DNA of 64,000 nucleotides, from the NCBI GenBank assembly GCA_963784195.1, contig CAWARA010000013.1, positions 104,687 through 168,686 on the forward strand, written 5' to 3'. The DNA is from an uncultured Acidobacteriota bacterium. Lineage in GTDB: Bacteria > Acidobacteriota > Vicinamibacteria > Vicinamibacterales > 2-12-FULL-66-21. Of this stretch, positions 58,617 to 64,000 are shown one piece after another; the stretch's first letter is position 1; each line of letters begins with the position of its first letter. Under the pieces are notes generated by a model. That model had not been told where the DNA came from, did not search any database, and was given only the letters and a program-made list of their open reading frames with translations. A program made the translations under genes and the position numbers.

Positions 58617-59366
58617 TCATTTGGACATTGCGGCGGTCAGTTTCTCCCCGTACGTTCGGCTGCAGCGGTATCGCCTGCCACTGTGCAAGGTCACGACGAA
58701 CTCGCCGTGGAATGCCGGTTGAAGCTCGCGGATGTGGTCTACGTTGACAATTGATGAGCGGTGGATGCGAACGAAGCGCGCGGGGTCCAGGCGGGCCTCG
58801 AGCGCGGCGATCGATTCTCGGATCAGGTGGGTCGTGGATCCTGTGTGCACCTCGAGGTAATGGCCGGCGGCCTCGATCGAATCGATGTCCTCCACGCGCA
58901 CGGCGTAGATCCGTCCCGTGGTTTTCACGAGCACGCGCCGCAGCGGCTGATGAGCGCGGACACTGTCGACGGCGGCGTGCACGCGGCGGCCGGCGTCGCG
59001 GCCGCCGGCACGCGTGGTGAGGCGTTCAATCGTCTTGCGCAGCCGCGCGCGCTCGAACGGTTTCAGCAGGTAGTCGACGGCGTGCGTCTCGAAGGCGCGG
59101 ACGGCATAGCGATCGTAGGCGGTGACGAAGACGATGTCCGGCTGCTCCCGTGGCTCGAGCGCGTCGATCACGTCGAACCCGTCGAGGCCTGGCATCTGCA
59201 CGTCGAGAAACACGACGTCCGGTCGCAGCCGCCTGATTGCCTCGACGGCGCCGGCCCCGTCCTCGCACTCTCCGACGACTTCGACGGCCGCCTCGCCCTC
59301 GAGCAGCGCCTTGAGCTTTCGCCGCGCCACCGGCTCATCGTCGACGACAAGGGCCTTGAGCGTCAC
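58617..59366 (-). CDS. LytTR-family response regulator
   Basis: 249-aa ORF. The REC domain (KALVVDDEPVARRKL..., DVVFLDVQMPGLDG) is followed by a C-terminal LytTR DNA-binding domain (..IYAVRVEDIDSIEAAGHYLEVHT...). It overlaps the kinase gene by 4 nt. Confidence 0.9.
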   Translation of the reverse strand: MTLKALVVDDEPVARRKLKALLEGEAAVEVVGECEDGAGAVEAIRRLRPDVVFLDVQMPGLDGFDVIDALEPREQPDIVFVTAYDRYAVRAFETHAVDYLLKPFERARLRKTIERLTTRAGGRDAGRRVHAAVDSVRAHQPLRRVLVKTTGRIYAVRVEDIDSIEAAGHYLEVHTGSTTHLIRESIAALEARLDPARFVRIHRSSIVNVDHIRELQPAFHGEFVVTLHSGRRYRCSRTYGEKLTAAMSK

Positions 59367-60430
59367 GATCGAGAGTCCTCGTGCGCAAGCGGAAGGTCGA
59401 GCACCGCGATGGCCCCGCCTCCCGGATTCGGCGTCAGCGAAAACGTGGCTCCCGTTCCGTAGAGCGCCTGCAGACGCGAGCGCAGGTTGCGGATCCCATA
59501 TCCCTCGCGAATGGCGGCCGGCAGTGGCGGACCGTCGTTGGTGACGGTGAGCATCAGGCGCCCGCCGGCCGCGCGCGCGTCCACGGTGAGACGGCCGGGG
59601 CCAGGCTGGTCGGCGATACCGTAGCGAATCGCGTTCTCCACCAGAGGCTGAAGAATCAGGCTCGGCACCAGGGCGTCCTTGGCCGTTGCCTCGGCCGCCA
59701 TCGAGATTCGTAATCGCTCCCCGTATCTGGTTCGCTGAATGGTCAGGTACGCGTCGATGAACTCGAGCTCGCGCCGGAGTGGCACTTCCTGGATATCGGC
59801 GGTCTCGAACGTGCGCTGGAACAACTCCGCCAGCTTGGACAGCATGACGTCAGCCGCGTCGACGTTCTCGCGCATGAGACCCGAGACGGCGTTCAGCGTA
59901 TTGAAGAGGAAATGGGGATGGAGCTGCATCTTGAGCGCTTCGACCTGCGCACGTGCCAGCTCGGTCTCGAGCTGAGCGGCGCGCAGCTCCCGCTCGCGCG
60001 CACGGCGGTAGTGCCGGGCCACGTGCGTGGCGGCGACGATACCCCAGTACGTGAGCAGCGTGAGGTGGAACTTGAGGAACGAGAACGGCCCTCGGCCTGG
60101 CCCGAGGATCAGGCTGACGATGAATCCCTCGATGACGAGCTTGAGGCCGCCGACGATGAGGCTTGCCGGAAGGTGCACGGCGAGCGCCAGGCGCCAGCTA
60201 TTCCGCGAGAAGCCGACGCGCTCGCTCAGGCGAACGATTGCAGGAGCGAGGATCGTCCACAACTCCCAGTCGATCAGCGCCACCAGCAGGGCCAGGCCCC
60301 ACGACAGCGGACGGCCGGCGTAGTTGTAGTCCACCCACACCTGGCTCGTGAACAGCAGCGCAAGGGCTGTGAAGCACCCCGCCGACGTCAGCCAGACCGA
60401 AGATGCCGGCAGCGATCGTCCGTCGCTCAC
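59363..60430 (-). CDS. LytS/YehU-type sensor histidine kinase
   Basis: 355-aa ORF with N-terminal TM helices. LHPHFLFNTLNAV is the His_kinase/PF06580 H-box, and ..LVENAIRYG.. is the ATPase domain N-box. Confidence 0.9.
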   Translation of the reverse strand: MSDGRSLPASSVWLTSAGCFTALALLFTSQVWVDYNYAGRPLSWGLALLVALIDWELWTILAPAIVRLSERVGFSRNSWRLALAVHLPASLIVGGLKLVIEGFIVSLILGPGRGPFSFLKFHLTLLTYWGIVAATHVARHYRRARERELRAAQLETELARAQVEALKMQLHPHFLFNTLNAVSGLMRENVDAADVMLSKLAELFQRTFETADIQEVPLRRELEFIDAYLTIQRTRYGERLRISMAAEATAKDALVPSLILQPLVENAIRYGIADQPGPGRLTVDARAAGGRLMLTVTNDGPPLPAAIREGYGIRNLRSRLQALYGTGATFSLTPNPGGGAIAVLDLPLAHEDSRS

Positions 60431-60440
60431 CGCGGTCAGC

Positions 60441-60846
60441 TTACATCGGGCCGAGTTCGGGTGCCGCCGGACGCATCGATACCGGTCGAACCGCAGCGCG
60501 ACGGCGCGCGATGCCCACGATTGCCAGCACGGCCAGGTAAATCAACGGCGGAGCCACGCGGTGCATCTCGCCGTGGACGAAATGTGTCAACGACGCACCG
60601 ATCATGATGATCCCGAGCATGGCCGCGGCGTACGACGCGAGGCGTGGAACGAACAGCATGAGTCCACCCACGGCCTCGAGGACGCCGACGACCATATAGA
60701 AACCGTCCGGATACCCCCATCGCGCGAAGTCTCTGCGGCCACGTGGGATCGCCGAATTTTCCAGTGCCGACCAGAACGAACAGCGCGCCAGACAGAACCT
60801 GCAGCGCCCAGAGTCCGATCGTTCCAGCGAGTCGTAACCTTCGCAT
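60441..60846 (-). pseudogene. DoxX-family membrane protein, one frame change
   Basis: MRRLRLAGTIGLWALQVLSGALFVLVGTGKFGDPTWP is in one frame. (R)DFARWGYPDGFYMVVGVLEAVGGLMLFVPRLASYAAAMLGIIMIGASLTHF... runs to 60441 in another. The shift lies near 60732-60741. Confidence 0.7.
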
Positions 60847-61058
60847 GTTCCCTCCAGTCGTCAGCCAGCATCCTCGCTGGCGAACGAGAAGGGACAGCGT
60901 TTTGTCCTGAAGCGGCCTGAATGCGACACGGACCGGTCATTCGGCCCGGTCATTCTGTTAAGAGCTACAGCGGTTGCCGGTCACGCAGTGCCGGCCTTGG
61001 ATGGCCGAGGCCCGTGGAGTCGAGGCACGTCGCTGCGTGCCAGAACCGCCCACGGTCA

Positions 61059-62150
61059 CTACTTCGACTGCATGAAGAAATTCCGGGTTGTGTTCCCAGA
61101 GACCTCGACACTGACCGTCTGAGTCTGCAGTCGCTCCGAGGACGCGCGAACTTGAATCACGCCCGGCGGCAGGCCGCGGAAACTGTACTCGCCGAAGAAC
61201 TCGTCAGTGAACGTGAAGATACCTGCGAGCGGTCCGTCCAGTATCTCAATCTTTACGCCGGGGTAGGAAGTGTTCGTGGAGCCCGCCGCGAACGCTTGGC
61301 CCCCGAGTGCGTGTGTCGCATCAACCAGCGGTTCGCTTCGTTGCAGCACCAGCTCGCGAGCGATGTTCGAACCGACCGGAAGCCGCGCATCGATGGCCGC
61401 GAATCCTGACGCTGAGGCGCGGATCTGAACGAACCCCGCAGGGAGATCGGGAATCTCGTAGAGCCCTGTTGCGTCGTTGAATTGTGCCACTCTGCCAACC
61501 GCTGGCCCGTCCGCGACCTGGAGACGGGCGCGCGACAAGCGCTGCGTACGTGAGGAATCGCCAAAAATGATCGCGCTCAGAGTCCCGCGCGGTTGGGCCG
61601 CGTCTGCGGGTATCAGGGCCGTCTCCACCGTATAGGGGACGGACTGGACGTTCGGATAGCCGGCTGGTCGACCCACATAGGCGAGCTCGACGCGATACGT
61701 CGTGCCGGCTTCAACCGGCACTCGCCCCGCCATCGGCGAGCCACAGCAGAGCAGATCTATCTGTTCTCCTGCTGCCGTCTTGAAGAACATCGCGAGCGGA
61801 GCGTCTGCCGCCCACCGAGCCGTGGCCACGAGAGTTCCCGTCGCTGGAGCCGTGACGTTGAACGCGTTGCAGAGCCCATCCCAACCGCCTGCAACCGTCG
61901 TGAACCGACAGGTAGAGTCGGACGAAGTAATCGCGCCGCTGATCGGCTCGCCAATCTGAACCACGCCAGGGCCGGGCGCCGGTGGACCGGACGGCGTGGG
62001 CGCTGAAGGACTGGTCGGCGACGGCGGTGATCCGCCGCAACCGGCGTTTGGAACCAGACAACACAGCACCAGCGCGGTGAGCATGTACCCGACGGTGATC
62101 GCGATCCTTCGTATACATGATGATGTCCTGTTCGTTAACGGCGAATGCAT
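61059..62150 (-). CDS. Lipoprotein with pre-peptidase-C-like and two carboxypeptidase-regulatory-like domains
   Basis: ..TALVLCCLVPNAGCGG is a lipobox, followed by a Pro/Ser linker. Two ..G.Y.I.DLP.G.V.I.. / ..YSFRGLPPGVIQVRAS.. modules are present. The start could be 62150, 62084 or 62183. Confidence 0.7.
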   Translation of the reverse strand: MHSPLTNRTSSCIRRIAITVGYMLTALVLCCLVPNAGCGGSPPSPTSPSAPTPSGPPAPGPGVVQIGEPISGAITSSDSTCRFTTVAGGWDGLCNAFNVTAPATGTLVATARWAADAPLAMFFKTAAGEQIDLLCCGSPMAGRVPVEAGTTYRVELAYVGRPAGYPNVQSVPYTVETALIPADAAQPRGTLSAIIFGDSSRTQRLSRARLQVADGPAVGRVAQFNDATGLYEIPDLPAGFVQIRASASGFAAIDARLPVGSNIARELVLQRSEPLVDATHALGGQAFAAGSTNTSYPGVKIEILDGPLAGIFTFTDEFFGEYSFRGLPPGVIQVRASSERLQTQTVSVEVSGNTTRNFFMQSK

Positions 62151-62246
62151 GGCTGAATGACCGAGCAATGCGCAATCGCCCATCGGAAACAGCCGTAAGG
62201 CGAATGCGCGATCGCTGTATCAGGCACGGCCGCTCAGGGGCGCGAG

Positions 62247-62750
62247 TTAGAACGGACAGGTCCCCGGGGCAGGAGCATCGAACCGCGCGGGCTGGTCGAT
62301 CGGCCGAATGTTGGCTGACGTCCATCGAGCCTCGACCGTTCCCTCGTTACGGAGAATGTGCTGGGTCTCCGGCTCGACGAAGCCTTGTCCGGCGGTGAAG
62401 ACCCGTGGCGTGCACGCGGGATCCTCTGCGTTGTACACGGTGACCGTGCCTGCCGTCACAGTGATGAACAGCGGGCCCGGGTGAGAGTGCCAGCCGGTTG
62501 TTGCTCCGGGAACTGCCACGCTGGACTGGTAAGTGATGTTGGTGAGAATCCCGTTCACTTTCAGCTTGGCTTCCCAGTTTTCCTGATCCTGTTTCACTTT
62601 GAATGGCTCGAAAATCCCCGTTGCCACAAGAACCTGCGTGATGCCGGACGAAGGGGTTCTCGCCGCAACTTCAATGGATGGCACCCCCGGCGCATATTCC
62701 GCCGCCCAGATCACGCCCATGAGCAGTAACAGTCCGATGCGTGTTCTCAT
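62247..62750 (-). CDS. Secreted cupin-domain protein
   Basis: 167-aa ORF with signal peptide MRTRIGLLLLMGVIWAAE. TTGWHSHPGPLFITVTAGTV is cupin motif 1 (G(x)5HxH). Confidence 0.8.
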   Translation of the reverse strand: MRTRIGLLLLMGVIWAAEYAPGVPSIEVAARTPSSGITQVLVATGIFEPFKVKQDQENWEAKLKVNGILTNITYQSSVAVPGATTGWHSHPGPLFITVTAGTVTVYNAEDPACTPRVFTAGQGFVEPETQHILRNEGTVEARWTSANIRPIDQPARFDAPAPGTCPF

Positions 62751-62927
62751 TGTCGCCTCCTGCAGATAGAGTTCGGGACCTCGAGACGCGCGCGGAGTAA
62801 GATGACCCGATCCGCTGCTCGCTCGATTCAGCGGACGTTACGCGACCGGCGGTCTGATGTCCTGAAAGGACCGCTCAAAAAGGCTCAAAAAGGGTGAAAG
62901 ACGACTACGCTGTTTGGTCCGTTTCGA

Positions 62928-64000
62928 GTGGACGCGCGGAAGCGGCGGCTGTGGAAGGGCGAAGAGCTCGTTCCACTCACGCCGAAAGCTTTCGAGACGC
63001 TGCTGGCACTGGTGCGGCAGGCCGGCGATGTCGTTGAAAAGGACGACCTGCTCGAGATCGTCTGGCCGAATGTCCATGTCTCCGAGGAAACGCTCACGCA
63101 GAACATCTCGACCATACGCAAGGCCCTCGGCGATACATCCGAGCACCCGGAATACATCGCCACCGTTCCGAGACGCGGCTATCGGTTCATTTCTGCCGAT
63201 TAACTGAAGCTGGACTCGGCGATCGCGGTGGTGCTCGCTGAGCCGTCTCAGCGTCGACGTCAAGGCCTTGCGCTCGCGCCGAACGAAGCGCCGCGATGTT
63301 CGCAAGTTCGGGTGGGTCGGGCCTCGCCGTTCTGTCGATGATGATCGGCGCGGCACTCGCGTTCGCGTTCCGTCGTCCGACGTCCGGGCCTTTGACAGCA
63401 GCAGAATGGGAATTGAATCCGCCAGAGGGAACAGCGCTGGTCTCCGGCGGTGCACTGTCACCCGATGGCCAGCGGCTGGCGTTCGTCACAAGGGATCACA
63501 AAGGACACGAGGTTCTGCGCGTGCGAGTGCTCGGCTCTCGGCGAGGCACCCGCCGTCCCAGGCACGGAGGGCGCCCGGGATCCCATTCTGGTCTCCAGAC
63601 AGTCGATCGATCGCGTTTTGTGCTGATGGCAAGCTGAAGCGGACCGACCTTTCGGGCCAGCCGCCGCGGATGGTTGCGGAGGTCGATCGAACCGCGCGGG
63701 GAGGCACGTGGAGTCAGTCGGGAATCATACTGATGCCCGCGGCGTTCAAATCAGCGCTCTTTCGCATCAACGCAAGAAGGAGGCACGCCTGTTCAACTGA
63801 CCACGCTTGCCGACGGCGAGCGAGCGCACGTCTGGCCGTCGTTCCTCCCCGACGGGCGGCACTTTGTCTATCGGGTTGTGGGTCTCAAGCCCGGAGCAGT
63901 CAGGCACATATCTTGGTTCTCTGGATTCGACCGAAAAAACACGGCTCCTGGATGCCCGTAGTTCCGCAGCAATTTACGCGCCGCCGGGTTACCTGCTGTT
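62928..64000 (+). pseudogene. Winged-helix (OmpR/CadC-type) DNA-binding domain - TM - TolB-like beta-propeller gene, disrupted; runs off window end
   Basis: ..FGPFRVDARKRRLWKGEELVPLTPKAFETLLALV...ATVPRRGYRFISAD is followed by TAA at 63201. Next come a TM (GLAVLSMMIGAALAFAF) and blades (LSPDGQRLAFVT, ..PGTEGARDP.., ..WPSFLPDGRHF.., ..YAPPGYLL) spread over three frames. Confidence 0.65.

Overview
This is a 64-kb, visibly high-G+C bacterial chromosomal segment (G+C not computed; about two thirds by eye). The gene content looks Acidobacteriota-like, which is an inference from gene families because no search was run. It includes a PadR regulator with an ADOP-type duplicated FtsX permease, three carboxypeptidase-regulatory-domain / TonB-dependent-receptor-like outer-membrane proteins, five Hanks-type Ser/Thr kinases, ECF sigma factors directly upstream of kinases, and a BlaI/BlaR1 pair. 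I call 43 protein-coding loci, 14 of them disrupted or fragmentary. I recognised no rRNA, tRNA, CRISPR, transposase, integrase or phage genes. I do not find a coherent, intact multi-gene 'new system' and no defence-island hallmarks, so the findings are limited to sequence-level anomalies. (1) A ~310-bp island at 30297-30607 has 24% G+C and almost no C on the + strand. It lies exactly between two ~90%-identical, heavily decayed tandem copies of an ECF-sigma / Ser-Thr-kinase / beta-propeller module. (2) Two ~320-340-bp nested-hairpin repeats with compensatory arm changes bracket a coiled-coil/GAF gene and a methyltransferase remnant. (3) At least four further families of short structured intergenic repeats are present. 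(4) Frameshifts and in-frame stops are distributed very unevenly: nine lesions in seven otherwise ordinary genes and many in three beta-propeller genes, versus none in ~32.5 kb of the 15 longest intact genes. This is either real pseudogenisation or local assembly error and must be resolved from reads before any biology is built on it.
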